Positions 35,757 to 46,470 of a stretch of 64,000 nucleotides of DNA are shown here, one piece after another. The notes under the pieces were generated by a model. It searched no databases. It had not been told where the DNA came from and was given only the letters and a program-made list of their open reading frames with translations. Numbering within the stretch: the stretch's first letter is position 1; every line of letters begins with the position of its first letter. Source of the stretch: a virus. The DNA lies in IMG/VR virus record IMGVR_UViG_3300045988_157568; one strand, written 5' to 3'. The position numbers and the translations under genes are program-made.

Positions 35757-36415
35757 TATAAAACACCTACCTGTCTTAGAGTTAATTTGAAATGTGCCAC
35801 TGTTGGCGTACCACTTTCGTCCATAGAGTCAATTTTAATATTAAAATTCGTAAGAACACATTTTCTTACGAAATAGCCATAAAAAAATATCATTTCAGGC
35901 GGTCGTTTCCAATCAGCCACATTTTCCTCTGGTGTCAAAAAAGCTCCAATAAACTTCATATAGTCTTTTATTATACCACAAGGCTCTATAAGCCTATCAA
36001 CTAAATAAAGCTCTACGTCAAACTCTCTTGCCTTACCTGCAACAAACTGTGTATGTGGATAAGCCATAGCAGGAGCTATATTATCCACATACTCAACTCC
36101 CCTGTCATATTCAAGAGTTTCAGGGTTAAATTGAAAACGCATTATTTCCCCTGTGTCCAAATTCTTTATGTAACCTTTAGTCTTAGCCTTACTTAACGCT
36201 AAAACTCTTTGTGTCACTTCTTGTTCAGATTTTACAGAGTCAAGAGCTTCTTTTAAGGTATTGCCCCAGTAATCATCACCTTTATTTACAGTGCTTGCGA
36301 TTACTGCCGCCGAGTCCGTACCAATAGCCCTATCCCAAAGACTTCTGACTCCTGTATTAACAGTGTTTACAGGGTTAGTATAAACACCAACCCTGTCTTT
36401 TGAATAAATAGGCAT
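35756..36415 (-). CDS. tail protein of unknown function
   Basis: 219-aa ORF directly after the tape measure gene. Confidence 0.45.
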   Translation of the reverse strand: MPIYSKDRVGVYTNPVNTVNTGVRSLWDRAIGTDSAAVIASTVNKGDDYWGNTLKEALDSVKSEQEVTQRVLALSKAKTKGYIKNLDTGEIMRFQFNPETLEYDRGVEYVDNIAPAMAYPHTQFVAGKAREFDVELYLVDRLIEPCGIIKDYMKFIGAFLTPEENVADWKRPPEMIFFYGYFVRKCVLTNFNIKIDSMDESGTPTVAHFKLTLRQVGVL

Positions 36416-36417
36416 TG

Positions 36418-39400
36418 TTAAGCCCTCCTTGCCATACCATTTCTTCTTTGCTCTTTTTCAATGTACTTCATCAAAGTTCTCGCCACTTTTTCATAATCGG
36501 CTTCACCCTTTGCATTATCAACTCTTACAACAATGCTACCTGCTCCAAAATTAACACTATAATCATTATGTTCAGTCTTAGTAGGTGTAGATGTATGTGA
36601 TACATTTGATGAGGTACTCTGTGCAAGAGTTTCAATACTACTTGATAACTTATTGCTTGCAAGTTTATATCCTGTGTTAAAACTTTCTTCAACACTTTGG
36701 TCGTGAGGTATTATCCTTGTGCCACGAGGTAAGTCAACAATTTCTCCACCCTTTTCATTAATAAGAGCTGTACCGCCTTCAAAGTAATCTGTACCACTCG
36801 CAAATATACCTCCAAAACCCTTAAACAAACCCTTTGCCTTTTCTGCTATTGTACTCACTGATTTCTTAGAGGCTTGTTCATTTGGAACTGAGCCACTTGT
36901 TGTGTAACTAGCTGTAATTTTTACTGTTTTATCTTGTAATACTCCAATAGACTCTGCAAGTTTATCAACATTAGTCTTACCCGAAACAAGAGCTAATACA
37001 AGCACTGTCTTACTTTTTACGTTACCAATAGACTCTTTCAAACCGTCCACTAATTTTGTACTCTCGTCAGCACCAGTCACACTTATTGATACACTTGCAG
37101 GTGTTTCAGTAAAGGAAGCCAAACTTGCGTCTAACCCCATTAAACTCTCTTTAAAATTAAAATTTACACCAATGGTTAATGACTCTGTTGGTAAATTTTT
37201 ATATGCTTTATTAAAAGCCTTCATATTTGAAGCCATTGTTTCAGAGTCCGATACAATATTGCCCGAAGCATTTAGTGTTATTGTTTTAGTGTCCCAGCTA
37301 ATCATACTTATTGCACCAGTAAATTTAGAGAGATTATTAACTACTCTATCATTTAGATTATATATATTAGCTGTTACAGATATAGTTTTTGTAGAAACAT
37401 CAGGTAAACTATTTATTGCTTCAGTAAAAGATTTTAACTTATCTACATCTAAGGTCGCTGCATTAACTGTATTTAGGGCGGCAGCATATGTATTCCACGA
37501 GTTGACTGTTTCCTCATTTACAGGTTTTAACTGACTGAAAACAGCATTGTTATAAAACTTAGTATCTAAGCCTTCCATAGATGTCCTTGCTGCTTCAATA
37601 GCTTTACCTAAACCAGAATATTGCTCTGTCATTGCGTCAACTCTTTGTGAGTCTGTTGTATTAGTTGTATTATATGAAGGTGTAACAGTCACTTTACTGC
37701 TATCGGCTGCTTTTTGTTCTTCTTCAACGATTTCGTGAACACCTTTATTGTCCTTTTTAACAACATCTACTTCAATATTTATTCCATTATCCGAGCAATA
37801 CTGTTTAGCTTCATCTACTGTCAGTTTAGTGTCAGTTAAAGCCTGTGTAGCACTACCATTGTCATCTACCTCATATGTAACAAGGTGGTACTCACTACCC
37901 CATTGCTCAAGCTGGTTCATTGCATTTTCAACAGTATGTCCATTGACTACATAGTCAACATTAACAGTATGTTGCTTACCACCTTCTTCTGTAACTGTTT
38001 TTAATTGTTGTAAAACAGTTTCATAGGATTGTGTATCGTTGTTCCATTGTACCCTGTATACAAGTGTGTGGCTATTTTGAGCTTGCTCTAAAGAATTTAT
38101 ATCTTGAATATATCCGTCATAACCGTGATTTGTTACAAGATTATTGTTATTCTCTAACGCTGACTTTAACTGCCCTTGTGTAACATTTTTAAAGTTTTCA
38201 GCTTGCTCTGCCGTTGCCCATTCAAGACGTTTCTGCTTATTAGCGTCAAGTGCAGCACTATTTTCGGCTAAAGCCCCATTCATATCTGCAAGACCACCTG
38301 TTAAGGTATTTTTAGCTTTTGCAACATCATACTCTGTTTTTGCACCCCAAGCACGTAAAGCTAAACCAGCAACCATTAAAGCACCAGTAACAGGGGCAAC
38401 AGCTTCCCTCACACCTGGGATTAACAATAGAGCTGATGATACAGCGAATACTGCTCCAACTATATCTGCCAATCCGTTAATTACCTCATTTTTTATTGCA
38501 AGTATAGCATATTGAAATATAGCTTTTAATTGTGGTAGTAATGTACTTGCAAGAGATTTTAAATTATCAATTAAGCTAAATAACAATGTTCCTATGGCAG
38601 TGTTTAAGTCACCTGTGTTTAAAGCACTAAATACATTACTTATAAGGTTTTTGACTCCACCAATTATATCAGGTGCATATTTTGTAATGGAATTAGCAAG
38701 CCCACTTACAAACTGACTAACACCTGCTGCAATCCTATCAGAATTTGCGAGCAAACCGTCTACAAACGAGTTAATAATGGTAAAAGCAGTTTCAAAAAAT
38801 GTGTTTGAATTTTCACCTACAAAATCTATAACATTTGTCATTATTGTTGCAAGATTTTGACCGATTGTAGGAGCATAAGTCTTAATTGCAGATGTAACCG
38901 AGTTAAATATTCTTTGTACTGCGTTTCCTATGTTAGATGAACCATTTGCAAGGCTATCAATAAGTTTATCAATTAAACTTCCTGCTACGTCTGCGATACC
39001 ATTTGTGCCGTTTTCACCACCAATAACTGCAACAAAAGCGTCACCAACACCACTAAGTAACCCCATAAATTTTGATACAAGTGATTGTACGTCCAATCCG
39101 TCTATGAAGTTCCTTACCTTTGTGGTAACACCTGATAAGTTATCTGTAAACCACTCATAACCCACTTTTATTTTACCTAAAAGTGTTTGCTGTTCACCTA
39201 ATTTGACATTCAAATTTTGCCACTCTGATGTAGAAATAGTACCAAAAGCAAGTGCTCCCATAGTTACAGCAGCTAAACCTAAAGCTACACCGTGTAAACC
39301 TATAACCATTTTAGAAGCACCTAAAACGGCAGAGCCAAACATTTTTAAACCTGTCATTACTCCATTATAGAGTGATTGCCATTCAAACACCTGTACTGCT

Positions 39401-42378
39401 GTGGCTATTTGTGCTGTGACTGCTAATATAGAACCTGCACTTGCAGTCATACCTTCCCCTATGTTTCTAAAAGCGTCATTCCAAGTTTCACCTATAACTT
39501 GTGCTGCACTCTCGCCATAATTAAGACCCATTTCTATAAAATCAAGAGTATCATTAAGAGCTGACCTTATTTCCCTCAAGCCATTCCGAGCGGCAGAAAG
39601 AAGATTACCAAAGAGATTGCCACCTCCACCTCTACCACTTGCATTAGCCCAAAAGTCCTTTATAGTATCCCTTGCAAAAGTAAAGAAACTTACTGCAAAA
39701 TTTCTCGCTCCCACAAAGGCATTTTTTATGCCTACTGCGGTTGTTTTTGCTCCGTTCAATACAAGACTAAAGCCACTCTTAATCAAGTTTAAACCGCCTG
39801 TTATAGGGCTTACATCAAAGCCTATCAATTTACTTGCCATACCCAAACCTGCAATAAGTGGTACAGCTAAAGTTGCCTTAGAGGTAATACCACCAAGCAC
39901 TTCCATAAGGCTCTTACCAAAAATAGTTGTATTGCTTAGCCAATTTGTTGCCTTTTCAGATAATTCCCCAAATTTATTTAAAATACCGTTCACGCTTAAA
40001 TCTAAATCTTCTCCGAAAAGTTTACGCATTGTGTCAGCTACAACAGGGTTTGCTGATAGAAAACCTTGTGTAAAAGACGACCACATATTTTCTATGTTTC
40101 TCTTAGCGTTGACAATTCCCTCTGCAAAAGGTGTTAAGCCAAACTTATCTGCAAGTTTTACTGATTTTTGTCCATAGCCTGTTGACATTTCCAAAAGTAA
40201 ATCTTTAGCATTAATTAACTGTGGTACAAACTTCTGCACACCTTCTTGTAAATTTCCTATATTGAATGAGTAGCCAAACATTATTGCTCCAATAGCTTTT
40301 TGAATAGGGCCTCCAAATAAGAGTAACCCTGCCGATATACCCTGACCGAGTGCTTCACCCATAGATATACCGTGGGACATAACATCACTTACCATTGAAG
40401 TGCCGTCAGACATAAATTGAGTAATAGGTTGTTGGAAAGATTTATCCTTAGATTTTTTATTAAAATCTTGAATTTTCTTTGATATAACATCAATAATGTT
40501 ATTCTTTCCCTCTGAATTTTTAGCTCCGAATGACTCTTTAAGAGTTTTCATTTGTGACCTAATATTATCCACCATAGGTGATACTACATCTTTTAAACCC
40601 AAAAAGTCACTCTTATATCCTGCCACTATTGTGCCCAAACCTAAACCCATAAGTCCAGTTGGTGACATAAGTGTTGTAGCTATTACTTTAAAATTGGTAA
40701 GTAAACTTGCACCAGCACCACCAAGTAGTTTTAAACCACCTGCGAGTAAGGTGCTACCACCATATGCAACAATGAAAGCACCTGCCATTCTACCAAAGGT
40801 ATCAATAGTACCGCCCCATTTGTCTTGAAAGTCCTTACCAAATTTATTAGACACTGCTTCACCTAAATGGTTAAGCATAGTCTTTAGATTAAAGTCTGTT
40901 TCTTTAATCTCCTCTGAATGTATGCCAAAAACACCAAGTGCTTCGGCTATACCATTATATACACCTGAACCAATAGACTTTAATGTAGTCTTTATGGTGT
41001 TCAAACCGTCAACTAAAGGTTGTAGTCCTACATCAATTAAAGATTGTGTTAAGGTCTTACCTTGTGATAGATTATTTGAAATTTCACCAAATAAACTTTT
41101 AGCTTGCTTACTTAATGTTCCGAAAAGTCCACTGATATTGCCATAATTTCTTGTAAGAACGACTGCAAGTAAGCCTAATGCAGAGGCCCAACCAATACTT
41201 CTAAACGTAAGAGCCTGTATTGAATTACCAAGCATACTAAATATACCTACAAAACCACCAAGTCTTTGTACGTTTAACATATAGTTGATAACAGCACCAC
41301 TCAAACGTAGTACACTACCCATTGCTACTAAGGCTGCACCACCTACAACAGTAAGGTTTGTACCAAACTTAATTACCTGTGGGTTATTTTTTAGCCAAGT
41401 AGTCATAGCTGGTGCTATATTTTTTATTGCTCCTGTAAACTTTTCTACTGGGTGTACCAACCCATACAGAGCTTCTGATGTTGAGTTTATGATAGTCTTA
41501 TCACTAAACACGGATTTTTCTACTTCAAAAAGATTTCTCACGGCATTTGTAGCTGACCGATACATATTGTTCTCTTTGTTTCCAAATCCTATCCTATATG
41601 TAAAAATAGTCCAAGCGTCAGACATATTTGAAAGTACAATAGACCAAGTATTTGACAAAGTATCTTGCATACCTGCCATACCTGTCTTTTCTACTATTTC
41701 AATAAGGTCTTGCATACGCCCCTCAACAGTCTTATGCAAATCGTGACCTAAATAATTAGACAAATCACCAACGTCAAGAATATTTCTAAGCATTTTTGCC
41801 GAAACATTATCATCACCACTCAAAAAGTTTTGGATAGCCTGTTTCCATTTTAGTGCAGTTGTATTGGGTCTAAATGCCTGTAAATCACCTATCCAAGCCA
41901 TTGTTTCTTGTCTAAGTCCTGTTGTCTTACCAATCATTTGGTCGAAGGCTTCAAGTCCTTGTGACTTTAGAGTAACAACCATACCCTGCAAATCTTCTAC
42001 CTTAAAAGGTGACTTGTTAGCATAGGCAAACAAATCATCTGTTATTTTGCTTGCTTTGTCAGCGTCCCCATATAATGCTTTCAAGGTTAATTGGAAGTTC
42101 TCAAAAGAGGATGAAGTATCAACTACTTTAGACCCTATATTTTTCATTACTCCCAATACACTTTGACCCATATTCTGAAATTGAGAGCCAAGAACGCTCA
42201 TACCAACAACAGATGTATTCATATCAAGTAGGCTGCTTGCAGTACCACCTATACCCATAGAGAGTTTATCAGCACTTCCTGACAAACTACTAAATGCACT
42301 TGAAGCTGATTGCATACCAGCCGTTGCGTTGTCCTGAAAGTCCAAGACAATGCTTAAACCATATTCACTCGCCGCCAT
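36418..42378 (-). CDS. tail tape measure protein (1986 aa)
   Basis: Largest ORF in the window. It is Gly/Ala/Ser-rich with hydrophobic helical stretches, follows the frameshifting chaperone gene, and has a C-terminal GGEIVDLPRGTRIIP motif common in Firmicutes phage tape measure proteins. Confidence 0.85.
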   Translation of the reverse strand: MAASEYGLSIVLDFQDNATAGMQSASSAFSSLSGSADKLSMGIGGTASSLLDMNTSVVGMSVLGSQFQNMGQSVLGVMKNIGSKVVDTSSSFENFQLTLKALYGDADKASKITDDLFAYANKSPFKVEDLQGMVVTLKSQGLEAFDQMIGKTTGLRQETMAWIGDLQAFRPNTTALKWKQAIQNFLSGDDNVSAKMLRNILDVGDLSNYLGHDLHKTVEGRMQDLIEIVEKTGMAGMQDTLSNTWSIVLSNMSDAWTIFTYRIGFGNKENNMYRSATNAVRNLFEVEKSVFSDKTIINSTSEALYGLVHPVEKFTGAIKNIAPAMTTWLKNNPQVIKFGTNLTVVGGAALVAMGSVLRLSGAVINYMLNVQRLGGFVGIFSMLGNSIQALTFRSIGWASALGLLAVVLTRNYGNISGLFGTLSKQAKSLFGEISNNLSQGKTLTQSLIDVGLQPLVDGLNTIKTTLKSIGSGVYNGIAEALGVFGIHSEEIKETDFNLKTMLNHLGEAVSNKFGKDFQDKWGGTIDTFGRMAGAFIVAYGGSTLLAGGLKLLGGAGASLLTNFKVIATTLMSPTGLMGLGLGTIVAGYKSDFLGLKDVVSPMVDNIRSQMKTLKESFGAKNSEGKNNIIDVISKKIQDFNKKSKDKSFQQPITQFMSDGTSMVSDVMSHGISMGEALGQGISAGLLLFGGPIQKAIGAIMFGYSFNIGNLQEGVQKFVPQLINAKDLLLEMSTGYGQKSVKLADKFGLTPFAEGIVNAKRNIENMWSSFTQGFLSANPVVADTMRKLFGEDLDLSVNGILNKFGELSEKATNWLSNTTIFGKSLMEVLGGITSKATLAVPLIAGLGMASKLIGFDVSPITGGLNLIKSGFSLVLNGAKTTAVGIKNAFVGARNFAVSFFTFARDTIKDFWANASGRGGGGNLFGNLLSAARNGLREIRSALNDTLDFIEMGLNYGESAAQVIGETWNDAFRNIGEGMTASAGSILAVTAQIATAVQVFEWQSLYNGVMTGLKMFGSAVLGASKMVIGLHGVALGLAAVTMGALAFGTISTSEWQNLNVKLGEQQTLLGKIKVGYEWFTDNLSGVTTKVRNFIDGLDVQSLVSKFMGLLSGVGDAFVAVIGGENGTNGIADVAGSLIDKLIDSLANGSSNIGNAVQRIFNSVTSAIKTYAPTIGQNLATIMTNVIDFVGENSNTFFETAFTIINSFVDGLLANSDRIAAGVSQFVSGLANSITKYAPDIIGGVKNLISNVFSALNTGDLNTAIGTLLFSLIDNLKSLASTLLPQLKAIFQYAILAIKNEVINGLADIVGAVFAVSSALLLIPGVREAVAPVTGALMVAGLALRAWGAKTEYDVAKAKNTLTGGLADMNGALAENSAALDANKQKRLEWATAEQAENFKNVTQGQLKSALENNNNLVTNHGYDGYIQDINSLEQAQNSHTLVYRVQWNNDTQSYETVLQQLKTVTEEGGKQHTVNVDYVVNGHTVENAMNQLEQWGSEYHLVTYEVDDNGSATQALTDTKLTVDEAKQYCSDNGINIEVDVVKKDNKGVHEIVEEEQKAADSSKVTVTPSYNTTNTTDSQRVDAMTEQYSGLGKAIEAARTSMEGLDTKFYNNAVFSQLKPVNEETVNSWNTYAAALNTVNAATLDVDKLKSFTEAINSLPDVSTKTISVTANIYNLNDRVVNNLSKFTGAISMISWDTKTITLNASGNIVSDSETMASNMKAFNKAYKNLPTESLTIGVNFNFKESLMGLDASLASFTETPASVSISVTGADESTKLVDGLKESIGNVKSKTVLVLALVSGKTNVDKLAESIGVLQDKTVKITASYTTSGSVPNEQASKKSVSTIAEKAKGLFKGFGGIFASGTDYFEGGTALINEKGGEIVDLPRGTRIIPHDQSVEESFNTGYKLASNKLSSSIETLAQSTSSNVSHTSTPTKTEHNDYSVNFGAGSIVVRVDNAKGEADYEKVARTLMKYIEKEQRRNGMARRA

Positions 42379-42423
42379 ATTAAGCGTTCTCCTCTCCTAT
42401 TATTTTGAGAGGTATTTTAAAGA

Positions 42424-42630
42424 TTAACTACTGCTTCTATTTTCTGCCTTCTTCTGCTTCATTATTAAATCATACCACATTCTGCGTTCACCTCTTGAAA
42501 GTTTCAGAATAGTATTTCTATCCCAATGGTATACATAAGCAATGACGTGGGCTTCTACCCACACTTCATCAATGCTTATGTAACCAATAATTAATTCCAA
42601 CCAGTAGGTAGGGTGGTTTAAATAAAATTT
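42424..42630 (-). CDS. -1 frameshift extension of the tail assembly chaperone (GT/E'-type product)
   Basis: The slippery heptamer A_AAT_TTT (42630-42624) lies 2 codons before the 0-frame stop. The -1 frame stays open for 67 more codons (YLNHPTYWLELIIGY...AENRSSS), has no start codon of its own, and stops at 42424-42426. Confidence 0.6.
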   Translation of the reverse strand, partial: KFYLNHPTYWLELIIGYISIDEVWVEAHVIAYVYHWDRNTILKLSRGERRMWYDLIMKQKKAENRSSS

Positions 42631-43445
42631 GTTATGTTCAAACCGCCTTCAAATTCGTTGCCACATTCAGGGCACTCTACTGGAATTTTTAAATCCAAAC
42701 CGAATTGATTTTCAGCCGACAACTTGATTAGGTATTCTCTATCTCTCATTGTCATCTTACGAACAATTTGCTCTGTCAACTCAAAATCGTCATCAAATTC
42801 AGTCAAATTCAATATCATAATTGTCTTGCCCTTAGCAAAATCTCTTTGAGCGATTGGAGCAAATCTGTTTCTGTCACCGTTAGTTGAATAACGAATTATA
42901 CCTGTCTTATGTACATTACCTTGTTCATCTCTGATACCAACAGGCAACTCAAAAGGAATACCCCTTTCGCCGTCCCAAGGTACAACCTTTACTTCATCAA
43001 CCGACAATCTTGTTGTAATGCTCTGTCCACACTTAGGGCATTTATGTATTAGTTCCAATTCTTCACCAACTGATACCTCTCTTAGTCGGAGAATGATTAC
43101 ATCAATATCAGCTGTGTACATAGAGTTAAGAATTTCTTCTCTGTTGCTCTTTGACAAACTCTGAAAATCAATATCCCCAAGTGTAAGCAAACATCTGCTC
43201 AAAAGTAGATTATACAGCTTTACCATAGGGCTGTTTTTGTGTCTGCTGATAACTTCCTCATCTTCACCGTTAAGAGGACGGATTGAGAAAGTCTTGTGTA
43301 GCTTACCTTTTTCGTCAGTGTAACCTGCAATCAAATCATATTCGTCCTGCAAGTCACTCATTTTCGGGGCAGCGTTACGTTCTTCTGCCACCTGTGCAAT
43401 TACTTCATTTGCGTTCATTACGTCTTTTTTCTTTAATGTAGCCAT
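42618..43445 (-). CDS. tail assembly chaperone (0-frame product)
   Basis: Lies between the tube and tape measure genes. ATG at 43445 (MATLKKKD) follows AAGGAGG. It contains two CPxCG zinc-ribbon motifs. Confidence 0.6.
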   Translation of the reverse strand: MATLKKKDVMNANEVIAQVAEERNAAPKMSDLQDEYDLIAGYTDEKGKLHKTFSIRPLNGEDEEVISRHKNSPMVKLYNLLLSRCLLTLGDIDFQSLSKSNREEILNSMYTADIDVIILRLREVSVGEELELIHKCPKCGQSITTRLSVDEVKVVPWDGERGIPFELPVGIRDEQGNVHKTGIIRYSTNGDRNRFAPIAQRDFAKGKTIMILNLTEFDDDFELTEQIVRKMTMRDREYLIKLSAENQFGLDLKIPVECPECGNEFEGGLNITNFI

Positions 43446-43490
43446 TACTACATACCTCCTTAATTTTATTACAAATTCATTATACAACAA

Positions 43491-43523
43491 AACTCTGCAA
43501 AAGGCAATACCTAAAGCAGAGTT
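43491..43523 (-). terminator. hairpin with U-rich tail between tube and chaperone genes
   Basis: 8-bp stem AACTCTGC / GCAGAGTT with a 17-nt loop. On the minus strand it is followed by UUGUUGUAU. Confidence 0.4.
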
Positions 43524-43543
43524 TTGTTGGTTATTAATGTTGT

Positions 43544-44146
43544 TTATTCAGACTTAATCAATCCTGAAGGACTCCAGTTCTCAAATGAACCAGTTTCATC
43601 TTTAGGAATTTCATATGTAAGATAATCATATTGCAATGTAATTTTTTCTATTGCCACGTCATCACTGGAAGCGTCAAGGTCAGGTGCTTCCCATTTTGAC
43701 ATAAAGGCATTATTCAAAATATATTTGATACGAACCTTACCGTCACGACCAAGTACATTAACGTCAACGTCCATTCGTGATGTTGAGTCGCTACAAGTTT
43801 CTGCAAGCAAGTCAAGAACATTCTTTGTTGTACTCAAACTTGAGCTTGTTGAAGGAACAACACCCTTTTCCATTGTTACCTCACCGAATGAAGCCTTACC
43901 TGCAAGTTTTACAGGGTAGTTTGTACAACCTTCGTGATATTCTACGCCGTTTAAGTCAGCTGAAAGTCCTGAAACCTTTTGGAAACCGATTTTAGTGTTT
44001 TCAGCCTTTGAAGATGAAATTTTACCGTCTTTAGAAAAATTGTAAAATTTAACACTGAACATAAACTGTTGTAGTGGGTCAGTTGCTGTGCTATGCACAT
44101 ATGCTTCTGACTTTGGAAGTGCTTTTAAAAGAGCTGTGATGTTCAT
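43544..44146 (-). CDS. tail tube protein
   Basis: ATG at 44146 (MNITALLKAL) follows AAAGGAG. It lies directly after the sheath gene, and the QQFMFSVKF motif is typical of contractile-tail tube proteins. Confidence 0.7.
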   Translation of the reverse strand: MNITALLKALPKSEAYVHSTATDPLQQFMFSVKFYNFSKDGKISSSKAENTKIGFQKVSGLSADLNGVEYHEGCTNYPVKLAGKASFGEVTMEKGVVPSTSSSLSTTKNVLDLLAETCSDSTSRMDVDVNVLGRDGKVRIKYILNNAFMSKWEAPDLDASSDDVAIEKITLQYDYLTYEIPKDETGSFENWSPSGLIKSE

Positions 44147-44163
44147 AAGTTCAAATCTCCTTT

Positions 44164-45579
44164 CTACTGCATTGAACGAGAAAGGTTGATTATAATAAAT
44201 TCTGCACAATCTTTCTCTCTGTATTTAACAGTTGCATTTAATTCTTTCTTTGCAATGCTATTAGCCGTATTGGTTGTAGCGTCACAAATTACTGAAAAGG
44301 CTTCTGCCTCTGTTGAGCCTTCAAAACTGTTTGCTTCCCATAGACTCTTTAGGTAAGATGAAATGCTACGTCTTACGCTACTCCAAGTAGTTGGGTTATT
44401 TGGCTCAAAGATGTACTGTTGTAGCAAATCTTCAAGGTCACGAGTGATAAGTGTTTCAAGCAAAATACTTGAAATATATCTGCCATTCTCAAATAGAGAA
44501 CGTCCACCCCAAATACAAATGCCATATTGTTTCTTATCCATTAGGCAAGAAACATTTAAGTCATTTAGCTTACCTGCGGTTGTCTTATCAAGAATAGTTG
44601 AAAGTCCGATTGCTCCTGTAAGTGTTGCGTTTGTACCTGCTGGTACTTTAGCATAGCCATATTCAAGAGTCATACGAATAATCGTACCTTGTACCTTACC
44701 TACGTTTGGTACAGTCTTTGCTTCATAAGTGATAGGGTCAGTAATTGTTACCCAAGGGTAATAGTAGTTACCTCTACCCTTATCTAAGAAAGCAATTTCT
44801 TCAACAACTGTATCACTTGTAGCCGTTTCAGACTCTGTACACAAGATTGCGTGTATTCTTGTGTTTTCTGTACAGTATTCCAAAAGGTGCTTACTATCTG
44901 TCTTTGTAGCGTCAACAATAGACAGCATTGTTACATCATCAATTACATCAAAATTCTTTAAAATTGTCTTGTAATCAGCGATATTACCACTATCTTTACC
45001 ACCTGATAAAGCTGTGGCTGCTGTCACTTCAAGAGTTACCTCACCTGTTGATGTAACCTTGATATACTCACTGCTATTGTTTATAGCAGCGATAACAGTA
45101 TCGTTTGTAACTGATGTGAATGTTTCAACAAGAGAGTCACTATTAGCCTGTTCACCGAAATAAACCTTTACGTCAAAAGTACTACCTACTGTTGAAGTAG
45201 CAACTTCAACGAATACCTTTCCGTCACTCCAAGCACCTGTGTCAACAGTTGTCACTGTCATACCACTTATAGTGTTTGTAGAAACTGTATCTTTTCCGTC
45301 TGACGCACTCAAAACGTAACAGTCGCTACCGCCGTTCTGAAAGAAATCATAAACTGCATAAGCAAGATAGCTTGAAGATGTAAAAGGACTTGTTAGTCCG
45401 TTTGCAAATGCTTCAATGTACTCTTGCCAAGATGTAATAAGCACTGGCGTGTTTTTTACACCACGTTCAGCCTTACCAATAAAGCCACCAATATACGAAG
45501 ATGACTCTGTTGCTGGAGCTGTAACGACAGTCTGACGATTTACATACACGTCAGGATATGAATACTTTGCATTAGCCAT
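44164..45579 (-). CDS. tail sheath protein
   Basis: MANAKYSYPDVYVNRQT... is the canonical sheath N-terminus (PGVY-type). About 470 aa. ATG at 45579 follows GGAGGT. Confidence 0.85.
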   Translation of the reverse strand: MANAKYSYPDVYVNRQTVVTAPATESSSYIGGFIGKAERGVKNTPVLITSWQEYIEAFANGLTSPFTSSSYLAYAVYDFFQNGGSDCYVLSASDGKDTVSTNTISGMTVTTVDTGAWSDGKVFVEVATSTVGSTFDVKVYFGEQANSDSLVETFTSVTNDTVIAAINNSSEYIKVTSTGEVTLEVTAATALSGGKDSGNIADYKTILKNFDVIDDVTMLSIVDATKTDSKHLLEYCTENTRIHAILCTESETATSDTVVEEIAFLDKGRGNYYYPWVTITDPITYEAKTVPNVGKVQGTIIRMTLEYGYAKVPAGTNATLTGAIGLSTILDKTTAGKLNDLNVSCLMDKKQYGICIWGGRSLFENGRYISSILLETLITRDLEDLLQQYIFEPNNPTTWSSVRRSISSYLKSLWEANSFEGSTEAEAFSVICDATTNTANSIAKKELNATVKYREKDCAEFIIINLSRSMQ

Positions 45580-45880
45580 TTTTATTACCTCCATTATTAT
45601 TTTTCTGTGACTTAGTGTTATTCTTCTTAGTCGTCACTTTTTCAGAAGAAGAATTATCAGCAGCCTGCTGTGTTTCGACAGTTACCGAAACAGGTACAGG
45701 CTTTGCTTTTGGTTTAATGATTAAAAGCCTTCCAGCTTTTACTTCATTGTATATCACCTTTGTAATAAGGTGTTCTTCAACCTCAACCTTTTCATAGGCA
45801 CTTATGCGAAGTGCTGTGTAATCTTTCAATGATAGATTATGAGGTTTATTTGCAATATCCTTAATAAAAACTTTAGACAT
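45572..45880 (-). CDS. hypothetical structural-module protein
   Basis: 102-aa ORF with a basic low-complexity tail. Confidence 0.45.
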   Translation of the reverse strand: MSKVFIKDIANKPHNLSLKDYTALRISAYEKVEVEEHLITKVIYNEVKAGRLLIIKPKAKPVPVSVTVETQQAADNSSSEKVTTKKNNTKSQKNNNGGNKNG

Positions 45881-46468
45881 TTAGAAGCCCTCCTTACTTA
45901 GTATTACTGTTTCAATCAAACCACTATGCTCATTATAAGTCCTGCCTAAATAGCCTTGTATTGAGTAAGTAATGGTTGAGTGTATATCTTTGTCACCTTG
46001 TGTCAAAGTATCTCTACGCCTTAAAATATCCTTTTGAATACATAAAACGCTTGTAAGATTGCCTATTGAATTTCTTACAGGTAAATTAAAGAATTTACCC
46101 CTACTATAAGGTGGTAAACTCTGTAACCACTTCTTAGACATATTATCCACATCTGTCCAAGTTTTACCCCAAAAGTCAATTTGGTAATACATATCAAAAG
46201 GTATAGGCAAGTAGTAATTTATTGCTTCCTTTGTTTCCTTATTGACATATGTATATTCGACATTATCTGTCCTGTCGGTGTTTGACAAGTCCATAAGATT
46301 ATACCAAGTAATACAAGGATATGCTTCTAATTTAAGAGTTTCATCAGGCTTTCTCATCTGAACAGGCACTTTATAGAGGCTACCATTGCGGTCAAGAACG
46401 ACAGCTTTTTGAGTATAAACCATAAGTGCTCTGTTTATTTCATCTTTCCAAACCGAAGCTACTTCCAT
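45881..46468 (-). CDS. hypothetical tail-completion/terminator-region protein
   Basis: 195-aa ORF between the gp10-like gene and the sheath gene. Confidence 0.45.
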   Translation of the reverse strand: MEVASVWKDEINRALMVYTQKAVVLDRNGSLYKVPVQMRKPDETLKLEAYPCITWYNLMDLSNTDRTDNVEYTYVNKETKEAINYYLPIPFDMYYQIDFWGKTWTDVDNMSKKWLQSLPPYSRGKFFNLPVRNSIGNLTSVLCIQKDILRRRDTLTQGDKDIHSTITYSIQGYLGRTYNEHSGLIETVILSKEGF

Positions 46469-46470
46469 TA

